A DNA stretch of 64,000 nucleotides from a virus (IMGVR_UViG_3300010883_023988:1956-65955); one strand, 5' to 3'. Shown: positions 19,665-29,579, numbered from the stretch's first letter. Notes: generated from the letters alone by a model not told the origin. Made by a program: numbers and translations.

Positions 19665-21551
19665 TTACCAAGAGTGCCTTTCTTGAGACTGAAGTTCGAA
19701 AGAGATTTTGTCTTTGTTATTGTGAAGGCCGTTGTTGACCGACAAGTCGAATACCACGTCGAAGCTTTCTTTTTCAAGCTTTCTTATGTCGCTTGGCCCG
19801 CTAGATAACTGTGGTAAAACATCTACTACATAAGGATTAGAAATAAAAACTTCAGAAAAGCATTTGGGACAAGAAATAAAGATATCGTGTTCAGGGTACG
19901 TCGATTTCGCGCTCTTTAATAATCCGGTTAAAAGAAGACAGTCGGACATGGTCTGCGGACTAATGAACAAAATCCTTCGGGGGTTTTCTAAAGTATCGAT
20001 AACGCTCTCTATACCTTCTTCTTCTAAAGTCTCCTTGAACGCTACCTCCCTGAAGTACTCTTCTACAAAGGCTGGCGCTAGGCCGTCTTTAAGTCTTTTC
20101 ATCCAATGCTGTAATCCTTCGTCATTATTATCAACATTAATTTTTAAGATATTCGAATATAGAGATTTAACCCATACCAGCGCATTGCTGTTAAACTTTA
20201 CGTTTGCCGTTGAGTCTCTTTTCTCTGGTTCGGGGTATTGATCACTGGGAATAACTTCGCATCCATCTATAAACTCCTCTATAAGCTTTCCTATTTTTTT
20301 AATAGAGTAGTTATCAAGTGTCCATTTACGAGCCCTTATTCCTTTTTCTTCTCTTTCTTTTTTGGGAGTTAAGTATACTTTCTCTAACTGTTTAAATATG
20401 GAGTTGTGGCATGTGTTCGCTTTTTTGAACTGTGTTCCTATTTCTCTATATTCATCCCAGTCTAAGGGGAGCGACTCCGCTTCGGGTTCGCACATTTCCA
20501 CTCCACAGCTATAATTAGTAACTAAGGTAATTAACTCGGTCAGTTTAGCTTCTTGAATTGGTATCTCTTGACCGCCAGAGGTAAATGGATGACAGTAAAC
20601 GTCCATAAGGTTGTAAATTTCATTCAAGGACTCTTCAGAGACCCCTTTATCTACAGCTACAGTCTTACACTTTCCCTTAGCCCCACAAACCGTGCAGTCT
20701 GAGGCATTCGCTTCGTAGTGCTTGACACTATAGTTTAAGCATCCTTCGCATACATGCGTCACCAAAACGCTTTTGGGGTCTAGCTTGTTTTCTTTTACTA
20801 AGGTCGGTATGTCCCAGCCTTCGTTATAAGAGGTGTGTAGGAGAAGCTTCGACTTCCTGTATTGTTCGTTAAATTTCTTAAATCCTTTTATTAGATTTGG
20901 TACAGATTTCCTTAGCTGATTTCTAAAAACAAACCCAATTATAAAATCTTCTTGATCGATGTTGTTTAAAGTACGGATTTCTTTCTTCCTTTTCTCTCCG
21001 ATGTTAAAAAAGAACGTTTCGTCCAATGCTCCATGAACAGTTTTGACATTTTTGAGGCCCATTTTATGCATTTCCTTCTCGGCGAAGTTACTCCATACCC
21101 AAAAGTTTTGACATTTTTTTGCAGCCTCAATTGCGGAGGGTAATATTGGGAGCGAGTCTAACGTAGTCCATATAACTGAATTAATTTGATTAAACCATTT
21201 TTTTTGCAGAGCAAAATCTACGCCCCAGATATCTTGCGCTGTTATATATACATCTGGTCTTTCTTCGTTTATTACTTTGTCTAAGTTGTACGCGCCGTAC
21301 GGAGTTATGTGCTTAAGCTTCGGGTCTTCGTCAATTTTTTTTAATTTATTTTTATCAGAAGGTATACATCCTACCGACTTCCAAGGTGTCCTTGATAAAT
21401 GAGGATGGTTTTCTCCTATACCACAACAGTAATTTACTAAATCGTACTTTCCTGTTTTGTACAAATAAGAGAGCACGGTCTTAGCGTTTCTGCCAAAGCC
21501 AGTTTTGACTATAGAGAAGTCGGTTTGAAATAGGACCTTTTTTTTCTTCAA
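19665..21551 (-). CDS. GT4-family glycosyltransferase with C-terminal GT9-like extension
   Basis: GFVFRNQLRK...LNEIYNLMDVYCHPFTSGGQEIPIQEAK (GT-B E-x7-E variant). C-terminal RRILFI..QTMSDCLL resembles the GT9 N-terminus. Confidence 0.7.
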   Translation of the reverse strand: MKKKKVLFQTDFSIVKTGFGRNAKTVLSYLYKTGKYDLVNYCCGIGENHPHLSRTPWKSVGCIPSDKNKLKKIDEDPKLKHITPYGAYNLDKVINEERPDVYITAQDIWGVDFALQKKWFNQINSVIWTTLDSLPILPSAIEAAKKCQNFWVWSNFAEKEMHKMGLKNVKTVHGALDETFFFNIGEKRKKEIRTLNNIDQEDFIIGFVFRNQLRKSVPNLIKGFKKFNEQYRKSKLLLHTSYNEGWDIPTLVKENKLDPKSVLVTHVCEGCLNYSVKHYEANASDCTVCGAKGKCKTVAVDKGVSEESLNEIYNLMDVYCHPFTSGGQEIPIQEAKLTELITLVTNYSCGVEMCEPEAESLPLDWDEYREIGTQFKKANTCHNSIFKQLEKVYLTPKKEREEKGIRARKWTLDNYSIKKIGKLIEEFIDGCEVIPSDQYPEPEKRDSTANVKFNSNALVWVKSLYSNILKINVDNNDEGLQHWMKRLKDGLAPAFVEEYFREVAFKETLEEEGIESVIDTLENPRRILFISPQTMSDCLLLTGLLKSAKSTYPEHDIFISCPKCFSEVFISNPYVVDVLPQLSSGPSDIRKLEKESFDVVFDLSVNNGLHNNKDKISFELQSQERHSW

Positions 21552-22039
21552 TTTTCTTCCCTACTTTTGTCTTTGTCTTTGCTTCCAGATAGAAAGCTTT
21601 GTTTCACTATCGTTTCCAAATAGTTTACGAGCAATCTAGACTCTGGGAAAGTAAAGCCTATGATGTAGCTTTGCTTGTTAGTCGAGTCCTCTTTGTCTTC
21701 TTTTTGGACACCGAAAGAGAAGCCTACTTGTTTTCCTTCTTTTTGGTACGGACCGAACTTATACTTTACGATTTGATTACTGCCGTGATATCCATCGCAG
21801 CTAGAGTTTCTTAGGATCGAATCAATAATAGCGCATATTTCGGTTACGCTGAATTTTACTATGACTCTCTTCTGGGGGTCATCTTTGTTTTCAGAAAAAG
21901 AGCCGATTCTTGTTTTCGCGTTCCAACGATGTTGCTTGATCATACTGCACCAAAAAGTATTATCTTCTGAGTTTCTCCAAAAAGAACAGGCATGGCCTTT
22001 CGCACTAGGGTTAGGCTTGTAGAATTGTAGTTGGTTCAT
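21548..22039 (-). CDS. Putative ssDNA-binding protein (Whirly/PC4-like)
   Basis: Small beta-rich protein with QFYKP...FS..EICAI pattern inside the replication block; weak fold inference. Confidence 0.35.
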   Translation of the reverse strand: MNQLQFYKPNPSAKGHACSFWRNSEDNTFWCSMIKQHRWNAKTRIGSFSENKDDPQKRVIVKFSVTEICAIIDSILRNSSCDGYHGSNQIVKYKFGPYQKEGKQVGFSFGVQKEDKEDSTNKQSYIIGFTFPESRLLVNYLETIVKQSFLSGSKDKDKSREEN

Positions 22040-22044
22040 AGTTA

Positions 22045-22073
22045 ATTTTATTATTTTTGTTATCTAAAGTCAA
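22045..22073 (-). promoter_or_regulatory. sigma70-like promoter (leaderless candidate)
   Basis: TTGACT-17-TAAAAT, 5 nt before the ATG at 22039. Confidence 0.65.
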
Positions 22074-22974
22074 CATTAGACAAGTATTCTTTGAGTGATT
22101 TACTAGGCGTCCACCCAAGAAGTCTTTTGGCCTTGGAGATGTCGGCTAGGCTAGCGTCAGATTCCCCAAGCCTTTCTGGCAGAAAGCAGACCTCTCCACC
22201 AATCCTTTGAGCAAGCTCTATAATTGAGTAGCTTTGACCAGTACCTATATTAAACACTTCTCCAAAGGCTGTCTCTGACAACGCGGGATTTGAGGCTACG
22301 ATATTTGCCTGAACCACGTCGTCTACATGTGTAAAATCTCTAGTTTGGGAGCCGTTTCCTATTACGGTCATTGGTTCCCCATCCTTTCGTTGTCTCATGA
22401 AAAGGCCGATTACTGGCGCGTATTCGCCTTTTAAGGGCTGTCTATCTCCGTATACGTTAAAGTACCTAAAGGTGACTGTCTCGAGGCCGTAGAGCTCAAA
22501 ATAGGCCCTACACAGGTCTTCTCCAGCGACTTTAGAAATAGAGTAAGGAGTCTTGCAGTCCCTAGGGTCGGTCTCTCTATACGGGGGCGTATTATTAGAC
22601 CCATAAGCTGACGAAGTGGATGAATAGATTACCCTTTGTATCCCCGCTTCTCTTGAGGCTTGCAGGACGTTACAAGTACCAATAACGTTGGTTTGACAGG
22701 TTTTTCTAGGGTCTTTTATGGACGGCTGAATTCTCGCTTCTGCTGCTAAGTGGAAAACTACAGAAGAGCCCGCTTGCTTAAACGCTCCTAACAAGCTGTC
22801 ATACTCGCAAATATCTAAATGGAGATTTGTGGCTTTTTTATTCCAATAAAATCTTTCATTATTCTCTGCTGAAGCGTTATCTATGCATGTGACCTCGTAG
22901 TCCTCTTCGAGAAGCTGATCAACCAAATTGCTACCTATGAAGCCAGCACCACCAGTTACTATTGCTTTTTTCAT
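22060..22974 (-). CDS. NAD-dependent NDP-sugar epimerase/dehydratase (extended SDR)
   Basis: TGGAGFIG Rossmann motif, VFHLAA, YSSTSSAYG, YSISK (YxxxK), RYFNVYG, RDFTHVDD. Confidence 0.9.
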   Translation of the reverse strand: MKKAIVTGGAGFIGSNLVDQLLEEDYEVTCIDNASAENNERFYWNKKATNLHLDICEYDSLLGAFKQAGSSVVFHLAAEARIQPSIKDPRKTCQTNVIGTCNVLQASREAGIQRVIYSSTSSAYGSNNTPPYRETDPRDCKTPYSISKVAGEDLCRAYFELYGLETVTFRYFNVYGDRQPLKGEYAPVIGLFMRQRKDGEPMTVIGNGSQTRDFTHVDDVVQANIVASNPALSETAFGEVFNIGTGQSYSIIELAQRIGGEVCFLPERLGESDASLADISKAKRLLGWTPSKSLKEYLSNVDFR

Positions 22975-25523
22975 TTTTTTAACTGAGAAAGCTTTGTGTA
23001 TATTTTTGTATTTTGGATGGATATGGAGTCGGCGAATACGGCTTCGTCCTTTTTAGTCCCTTTGATAACTACTATATCGTCTTCTTTTGGGTGACGCCCG
23101 TTAAGTTCTCTGGCTTTATCTATTTTATTTGTAAAAAGTAAGACTTTCATTGATCCGGTTTCGTCAGAGATTATTGTGTTAAGGTATTTGTTTCCGTTTC
23201 GGCTCGTTCCTTGTCTAACCTTTTCGTTTACGTATCCAATAAAGGAGACTTTATTGTTCATTGGCCTTTCTTCGACTTCACGAATAGTTGTCAGCCCTCT
23301 TAAAGTGTCCGAAAAACATTCCCTAAGGGATTTGTTATACGTATAACCAAGAAGACTTTTCTCATAGTACCAGTTCGCAAAAATTTCAGATTTTTTGTTT
23401 TGGTTATAGATTTCTTTATACTTATCAGCTCTTTTTTTGATGGTAGCGAGACGGCTTTCTTTTATAATAACTTTTCCTTTTTCGTCTAGAGTTTTCGTTA
23501 GCAGGGTGATTATTTTAACTAGGTCATAGCTATGTTCCTTCCCGTAATTTAAAACTATTAGCTTCTCTCTCGGCGTAAGAATATTCCAAACTTGAGCTTC
23601 GTAGACAACCTTTGTTCTGCTCTGTCTTAGGTCTCCCTCTAGGGCTCCAGCTTGGATAAGGGCGCAAAGCGTACCAATGTTCAAACCGCATTTACTTGCA
23701 GCCTCAAAAATCTTAAATTTGTCAGAGTACTCGCCCCTAAAGCTAATTAATTTATCAATAGATTTGTCAGAAATTCCTTTGATGGACAGTATCCCGAATC
23801 TAATATCGTTCCCTTCAATGCTAAAATCATTTTTTGATTTAATTAAATGCGGAGGAAGGAGCTTTATGTCGAAGAAGTCCATCTCTTTGTGAGTCTTCGA
23901 GATTTCGCGAATTGGGTTGGGTTCGTTAACTGACATTCTAAGTAGAGCTAGGTAAAACTCTTTCGGATGCTTAAACTTTAAATAAATCGTAGACGCAGCA
24001 AGAGCAGCATAGCAGCACGAATGACTCTTATTGAAAGAGTACGATGCGCTGTCTTCAAGAATTTTCCATAGCACGTCTCCTATTTCTGGGTCCAACTTCT
24101 GTTTTTTTATCTTGTCTTTAATTTTCTTTTTCCACTTTTTAACCTCTATTATTTTCTTCTTGCCTACGATTCGGCGTAGAATTTCAGCCTCGTCAAGGGT
24201 GAAGCCGATCTTGTTTGCCATTTTCATTAACTGCTCTTGGTATAAAGCTACGCCCCCTGTTGACGTCAAAATATCATCAAAGAACGGGTGAATAGGTTCA
24301 TAGACTTCATTGTTTACAAAGTCAGAATACTGATCAACGAAAGCTAATGCACCTGGTCGAGCTAGTGCCAAAACCGCGCTTAGTTCATTGAGGTTTTTCG
24401 GCATCACCTTTTGGCATACTCTAAAATTAGTTTCAGCCTCAATTTGAAATAAGCCATGCGGTGATCTTAAGTTCTGTAGGTTTTGGTATATAGATGGGTC
24501 ATTATAGTCTATGTCGTTGGGAGAGATTCCTATCTGCTTGCATACGTCATCCACAACGGAAACTGCGCGGAGGCCAAGAATATCCAACTTAACATTAAAC
24601 ATAGATACCCAGTTCATGTCGTACGATGAGACATAGCTATCCTTATCTTTGGACAATTCTGTTGGGCATGATTTGTCCATTTCGCCGTAAGAAATAGATA
24701 TCGCAGAGGGATGCACTCCTTTGTTTTTAATTAAGCCTCTAAGCTTGAGGGCGATTTGATAAGATTCATAATTTTCGTTACACCAGTCTCTGAAGTCGTC
24801 AACTTCTTCGTAGGCTTCCTCCAAATCTTTTACTTGACCGTATAGTTTAGGTATCATGTTAGAGACCATATTCATATCGGAGTCAGAAACGCTCCCGACT
24901 ATCTTGCCACACTCTTTCATGCAAAGCTTCCCGCTCAAAGTGTTGAAGGTTAATATTTTAGAAATCTTTCCTTCAAACTTCCCTTCTAAATACTTGATTA
25001 CTTTGGGTCGATTGTGGTAACAAATATCTATGTCTACGTCACACATCAAGCTACCGTCCAAATAAGTGATTCCTTTGACCGTTTTTTTCTTTGCTCTGAT
25101 TTTAGAGACGAACCTTTCGAAATAAAGATCATGCTCCACGGGGTCCATTTGGGTTACTCCCAGCAGGTATAGAACTATGCTCCCAGCAGCACTTCCTCTT
25201 CCAGGACCGATAGGAATATCTTCCTTTTCACAAAAGGTTACAACGTCCCAGACAAGCAAAACGTAATCTATGAACCCAAGTTCCTTTAATATGCTTAGCT
25301 CATGTTTGATTCTATTAACATATTTATCAAAGTCTTCTGAGTCTTTTTCTAGGTTCAATTTTTTAAAGCCCTTGTTACATAACAGTCGGAGAAAGTCGTA
25401 ATTGTCTGCGTTCTCAGCCAGCTTAAACTGTTTCTTGTACTCTGAAGGGACATCGAATTTGGGTAACCGAACTCCGTGCAGTTCAAGGTCTATTTTTGAA
25501 AATTGTGACAGGAAATCTTTCAT
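22971..25523 (-). CDS. dnaE: DNA polymerase III alpha-type (family C) catalytic core lacking the PHP domain
   Basis: GPGRGSAAGS, LYFERF, DVDID and KLDILGL catalytic aspartates, YSFNKSHS, C-terminal OB fold. The sequence starts after the position of the PHP domain. No intein seen. Confidence 0.92.
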   Translation of the reverse strand: MKDFLSQFSKIDLELHGVRLPKFDVPSEYKKQFKLAENADNYDFLRLLCNKGFKKLNLEKDSEDFDKYVNRIKHELSILKELGFIDYVLLVWDVVTFCEKEDIPIGPGRGSAAGSIVLYLLGVTQMDPVEHDLYFERFVSKIRAKKKTVKGITYLDGSLMCDVDIDICYHNRPKVIKYLEGKFEGKISKILTFNTLSGKLCMKECGKIVGSVSDSDMNMVSNMIPKLYGQVKDLEEAYEEVDDFRDWCNENYESYQIALKLRGLIKNKGVHPSAISISYGEMDKSCPTELSKDKDSYVSSYDMNWVSMFNVKLDILGLRAVSVVDDVCKQIGISPNDIDYNDPSIYQNLQNLRSPHGLFQIEAETNFRVCQKVMPKNLNELSAVLALARPGALAFVDQYSDFVNNEVYEPIHPFFDDILTSTGGVALYQEQLMKMANKIGFTLDEAEILRRIVGKKKIIEVKKWKKKIKDKIKKQKLDPEIGDVLWKILEDSASYSFNKSHSCCYAALAASTIYLKFKHPKEFYLALLRMSVNEPNPIREISKTHKEMDFFDIKLLPPHLIKSKNDFSIEGNDIRFGILSIKGISDKSIDKLISFRGEYSDKFKIFEAASKCGLNIGTLCALIQAGALEGDLRQSRTKVVYEAQVWNILTPREKLIVLNYGKEHSYDLVKIITLLTKTLDEKGKVIIKESRLATIKKRADKYKEIYNQNKKSEIFANWYYEKSLLGYTYNKSLRECFSDTLRGLTTIREVEERPMNNKVSFIGYVNEKVRQGTSRNGNKYLNTIISDETGSMKVLLFTNKIDKARELNGRHPKEDDIVVIKGTKKDEAVFADSISIQNTKIYTKLSQLKK

Positions 25524-26155
25524 ATATCTAATTCGATTTTAAGTTTGTCCCAAACTTTAATGTTTAACTCTAAGTCCACGAGGGCGTTATGGAGCTTGTC
25601 GTAATCGTGCTCTATACGGAATTCTCTTCCGAGAGCCTGAAGGTTCGTTCTTACTCCCTTGGCCCTCTTATTAGAAAGAGAATATTGGTACTCTGTAAAA
25701 TTTAAATCGGGCGTGTATTTTTTGTTTAGCTTTAGGCCTTTCGCTAAGGAGTTCGTATCAATTACTTTGCTAACTAAGTGTTGGTAAGGCAAGTCGTAGG
25801 TTTTGTAATATTCTTTTATGAGATAGAGATCAAAGCCGAGAATGTTGTGCCCAACAATATAGTCGCAAGATTCAAGCCATTCGTACATGGCGTCAAAAAC
25901 TTTACGCGGGTCTTCGCCTCTTTGATCTACGGCGTCTTGCGAGTATCTAGTTATGCGAGCAGCTTCTTCGCTAATTTTTAATTGCGTATTCCATTTTATC
26001 AAAAAATCTCTTTCGTCCTGCCTTTCATTTCCCTTCACTTTTATCATCGCTAACTGCCAAGGCAGGTTGTGGCAAAAATTCAAACACAAATTCAGCGTTT
26101 CAAAATCGATAAATACGAAAGTCTTATCGTACTGATATCTTATAAGCTTATTCAT
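25520..26155 (-). CDS. DEDDh 3'-5' exonuclease (epsilon-like proofreading subunit)
   Basis: FIDFETL (ExoI), VGHNILGFD (ExoII), HNALVD (ExoIII). Start refined to MNKLIR; overlaps both neighbours. Confidence 0.85.
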   Translation of the reverse strand: MNKLIRYQYDKTFVFIDFETLNLCLNFCHNLPWQLAMIKVKGNERQDERDFLIKWNTQLKISEEAARITRYSQDAVDQRGEDPRKVFDAMYEWLESCDYIVGHNILGFDLYLIKEYYKTYDLPYQHLVSKVIDTNSLAKGLKLNKKYTPDLNFTEYQYSLSNKRAKGVRTNLQALGREFRIEHDYDKLHNALVDLELNIKVWDKLKIELDI

Positions 26156-26945
26156 CTCTACAGCTCTCCCTCCATGACTCAAAGCAAAATTCGTTGCTCG
26201 ACATATGTTCAAGATTTGGCTTATCGAGAGAGCTGCCAGTAGCGAAGGATCGAGAAGTTATACATCTGAAAGTTAGATAGCTTTTGAAGTCTTCCTTTTT
26301 GTTGTAGTAAATGCTTTTCGTCCTGATTATCTTTTCGGGTTTAGCGACGTTATTTATTGCGTCGTCAATTAGGTAGTTGAAAGGTAGGTCATTGTCTTCT
26401 TTAAAATAGTACGGACTGAAGAAAGACAGGTCGGGTACGCAGGATTTACCCCCTAGGGAGTTAAGATGTAGGTAAGAATCGTAATACGGAAAAGCTAATA
26501 AAATATTTTTTTCATCATAGTATTCTTTGAGTAAAGAATAATCAGTCCTTGGGGTATAGTAGAATCCTTCTCGACTAGCTTTGGAAAAGATTTTTATCAA
26601 CGCTTCGTAGCCAGCCTTGTTCTTCACCATCAACACGATCTTTGAGGTTCTGTCTAGGGCGTCTTCGTTTTTTATTGATAGGTCTGGGCATACGCTAACT
26701 CTTAGCCCAAAAACTGGTTTAATTTTCTCTTTTTCGGCGTTAGAATAGGCTTGCAGAAAACTAGACATATTGTCTTCCACGAGAACCATCTCTTTTAAGT
26801 CGACTTCTTTACAGAGGGAGAGTATCGAGTCTGGGCCATTTTGAGCGGAATCCTCTGGGCTTTCAAGGGTAAGCGTTGACTTTCCGAGACTGTAGTGAGA
26901 TTTAAAAAGCGCAATTGGATTCTGGTTTGAGGCGATTTCTCTCAT
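26148..26945 (-). CDS. Stand-alone PHP domain of DnaE (degenerate metal sites)
   Basis: KSHYSL, LVEDNMSSF, KPVFG, LMVKNKAGYEALIKI.S match the DnaE N-terminal PHP pattern; several canonical His ligands are missing. Confidence 0.75.
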   Translation of the reverse strand: MREIASNQNPIALFKSHYSLGKSTLTLESPEDSAQNGPDSILSLCKEVDLKEMVLVEDNMSSFLQAYSNAEKEKIKPVFGLRVSVCPDLSIKNEDALDRTSKIVLMVKNKAGYEALIKIFSKASREGFYYTPRTDYSLLKEYYDEKNILLAFPYYDSYLHLNSLGGKSCVPDLSFFSPYYFKEDNDLPFNYLIDDAINNVAKPEKIIRTKSIYYNKKEDFKSYLTFRCITSRSFATGSSLDKPNLEHMSSNEFCFESWRESCRDE

Positions 26946-26951
26946 CTGGCG

Positions 26952-26980
26952 ATTATATTTTTTTTCTACTTCCGAGTCAA
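26952..26980 (-). promoter_or_regulatory. sigma70 promoter (leaderless candidate) for the polymerase operon
   Basis: TTGACT-17-TATAAT, 6 nt before the ATG at 26945. Confidence 0.8.
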
Positions 26981-26986
26981 CTCTTT

Positions 26987-28054
26987 TTAAAAATCAAAGG
27001 CGTCCCCTTTTGCGGATGAGGAGCAGGGGGGCGGAGACTCCTCCTCTTGAGCAGGAGCGATGTAGTCTCTGAACGCGGGACATCCTTCGTAATGTTTTTT
27101 TTCTATTTTCATTCCTTTTGTTTTTTTGAGGTCCTTCTTTTCCAAGGCGGTACTGATCACCTTATTGTTTTTCCCCACACAAGCGTAGTAATCGTATGGG
27201 AATTTATGCTCGCAATGCCACATCGGATTACCGTCTTTTTTCTTTTGACCTGGGAATTTCGCGAAGCCACAATTAAGTGGGCCAGTAAAGCCTTCGTTTC
27301 TCTTGGGGAATTTTTGGTGGGCTGCTAGGTTTGTTTTCGCTTGGACTGTGTCGAAATTGTTTACTAAACCATAGATGTGTTCAAGATAATACTCAAAGCC
27401 TTCCAACTCTTCATCGGATACTTCTATTTCGATAGAGGGATTATCTGGAAATTTTAAAAATTGAAACTCTACGGTTCTTTTCTTCAGTTTCGGCCAGATA
27501 CTTTTTGACGCGAGCAAGTAGCATAAAGCCTGTATGTTGTATTCTATTTCTTTTTCGCAGAACTTTTCCTTACTAGTCTTGTAGTCTACAATTTTGAGCT
27601 TGGATTCTTTGGGGTACTCAATGGGCTTATCCATAAAACCGTATATTGTGTATTTCGGATTTTGATTTTCTACCAAGAACTCCTTTTCAGGTTCTTTAAT
27701 TACTGCGTTTTTACCACCTAAAAAATTGCAATGTAGGCCTACTAGAATCATGTCGTTGCACATCTCTACGTTTTCCGTACTAAAGAACCCACTATCTTTT
27801 AGAGACTTTTCGACAAGTCTTTTTATTGACTTAATGCAGTAAGAATCGCTTTTTGTAATTATTTTTTTTATGTAGGTCTTTCGTCTTGGATTTAGCACCA
27901 TCTCCAAGATTAGATGACACGCGGTCCCCCTTGCACTACCGTCATTCCCTTTCCTAGGTAGATGAAGGTGATAATTGCACCAATATTTCCAAGAACAAGA
28001 TTGCAGAAGTTTAATCCTAGAGGCAGAGAGCCTTATGTTTTCGTTTTTTTTCAT
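26987..28054 (-). CDS. PD-(D/E)XK nuclease (RecB/AddB/Cas4-like exonuclease)
   Basis: LSASRIKLLQSC, GTACHLILE, GFMD, IVDYKT, Q...Y motifs. Confidence 0.8.
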   Translation of the reverse strand: MKKNENIRLSASRIKLLQSCSWKYWCNYHLHLPRKGNDGSARGTACHLILEMVLNPRRKTYIKKIITKSDSYCIKSIKRLVEKSLKDSGFFSTENVEMCNDMILVGLHCNFLGGKNAVIKEPEKEFLVENQNPKYTIYGFMDKPIEYPKESKLKIVDYKTSKEKFCEKEIEYNIQALCYLLASKSIWPKLKKRTVEFQFLKFPDNPSIEIEVSDEELEGFEYYLEHIYGLVNNFDTVQAKTNLAAHQKFPKRNEGFTGPLNCGFAKFPGQKKKDGNPMWHCEHKFPYDYYACVGKNNKVISTALEKKDLKKTKGMKIEKKHYEGCPAFRDYIAPAQEEESPPPCSSSAKGDAFDF

Positions 28055-28639
28055 TTATTTAAAAGGTTTTCCAGAAACCCATAGGACTAAGGAGTTGCGT
28101 TTCCCTTTGGTAACCGGAGTAACCTTGTGTAAAAGGAACGACGGAAACAATAAACACGAGCCTTGCTTTTTGGAGGCATAGAAAGGCTTATCCCAAGTAT
28201 AAATCTCTAAGTCTCCCCCTTCGTACTCTTCGGGACTTGTAAGCTGGACGACGATACTGACTTTTCTCTTTACCCCTGAGGGACCGTCAATATCCAAGTG
28301 ACATCCGTAAAAATCTCCAGACGTATTCTCTTGGGCTTCATAGCTTGTATATTGACAATCTTCAAGGAGTCCGACTAAATCAAATTTCCAGTTTTTATTC
28401 GCCTCCTCCGCTAGGTTAAAAATTTTACTATAGATAAACTCCGTTGACTTGTCCTGCGGTATCCATGCGACCTTTCCTTTTCTAACCTTTGAGCTTCCAC
28501 CGAAAGTGGTAGCTTTTCTACTTTCTATAGAGCTTCCTATTTTTTTAATCTTCTCGCATTCTTCGGGCGAGAATAGTTCGGAGGAGGAATAGAACGTAGT
28601 AAAGCTAACTTCCTCTTCTAAGTTATATAGATATTTCAT
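28055..28639 (-). CDS. 2OG-Fe(II) oxygenase (PKHD/prolyl-hydroxylase-like)
   Basis: HLD...RKVSIVVQL...YEGGDL...FPSFLLHKVTPVTKGKRNSLVLW (HxD...H...R). Confidence 0.88.
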   Translation of the reverse strand: MKYLYNLEEEVSFTTFYSSSELFSPEECEKIKKIGSSIESRKATTFGGSSKVRKGKVAWIPQDKSTEFIYSKIFNLAEEANKNWKFDLVGLLEDCQYTSYEAQENTSGDFYGCHLDIDGPSGVKRKVSIVVQLTSPEEYEGGDLEIYTWDKPFYASKKQGSCLLFPSFLLHKVTPVTKGKRNSLVLWVSGKPFK

Positions 28640-29579
28640 TTTCGCGAGCCCATTCCTTTATTTGGGTAGAGTCCATTTCTCCAAAGTCGTTTTGTCCGTC
28701 CGGTAAGCAAATCTTAATTTTTTTTTTCGTTATCTTTTCAACGCGTTTTAGGGTTTTCATGGAGGCTTTATTTCCAGAAAAGTTATTGTGCGAATCATTG
28801 TTAAAGGATATAACTATACTTCTAATTCTCGAATTTATCAAGAAGCTAGTTATTTGTTGGTTTATAGATAACCCGAAACATACTACCGTGTTGTTTATGC
28901 CAGCCTGTCTAAGGGAAAGCATATCGCCGATGCTTTCTAAAAGAATTATTTCGGATTTTTTGAGGATATCCTTTTTGTTTAAAAACATTGGATATATCCA
29001 GTCTCCCTTTCTGCCGATGAGTTTCCATTTTATTGGAGACTTGCCGGTGACATCTCTCCCAGCGAAGCCAAGTATCGATTTTTTTTGAGAATCGAAGATG
29101 GGAAAAACGTATCGGTTGTACATTTTTCCCCTTTCTATGCCGTCGTCTATACCGCTACAAAATCCGTCTAGAGTCTCTCGGCGAACCCCTCTTTGCTCCC
29201 AGTATTCTGTGTTTTTATTTATTTTGTCTAGGTTTGACAAGCAGAAAAAAGGGATATCTATACCTGTTTGTTCGTAGCTAGTTTCTGATTCGGGATTTCT
29301 GCTTGAAGTCTCCCCCACTTCATACTTCTCATTTACAAGCCATTTTTTTGCCTTTTTATAGGGATAGTTAAGATGTATGGAAACCAATTTAATTAAATCC
29401 CCAGAGCCTTCTGATGTACCTTGTCTAGCCCAGTCATTAAAGCAGCCATTCTCCGCGTTAACGCTCAAGACCCCCTTGTTGGAAGATGGGCGATAAAGGG
29501 GGTTCACCCTATAGTAGCCAGAGAAACTCCTAAGGTTGCCGTACCCCAGCTTTCCTAATATGTCTAATACTTCCGACAC
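28623..29579 (-). CDS. DnaG-like TOPRIM primase
   Basis: RYVFPIFD..ILGFAGR, LLESIGD, FNND (DxD variant), LP...NDFGEM; adjacent to DnaB. Confidence 0.75.
   Translation of the reverse strand: MSEVLDILGKLGYGNLRSFSGYYRVNPLYRPSSNKGVLSVNAENGCFNDWARQGTSEGSGDLIKLVSIHLNYPYKKAKKWLVNEKYEVGETSSRNPESETSYEQTGIDIPFFCLSNLDKINKNTEYWEQRGVRRETLDGFCSGIDDGIERGKMYNRYVFPIFDSQKKSILGFAGRDVTGKSPIKWKLIGRKGDWIYPMFLNKKDILKKSEIILLESIGDMLSLRQAGINNTVVCFGLSINQQITSFLINSRIRSIVISFNNDSHNNFSGNKASMKTLKRVEKITKKKIKICLPDGQNDFGEMDSTQIKEWARENEISI

Noticed and set aside
26987-28054. Cas4-like nuclease as a sign of a CRISPR system
   Set aside because: No cas1/cas2 or array; it sits among replication genes, as solo phage PD-(D/E)XK exonucleases do.
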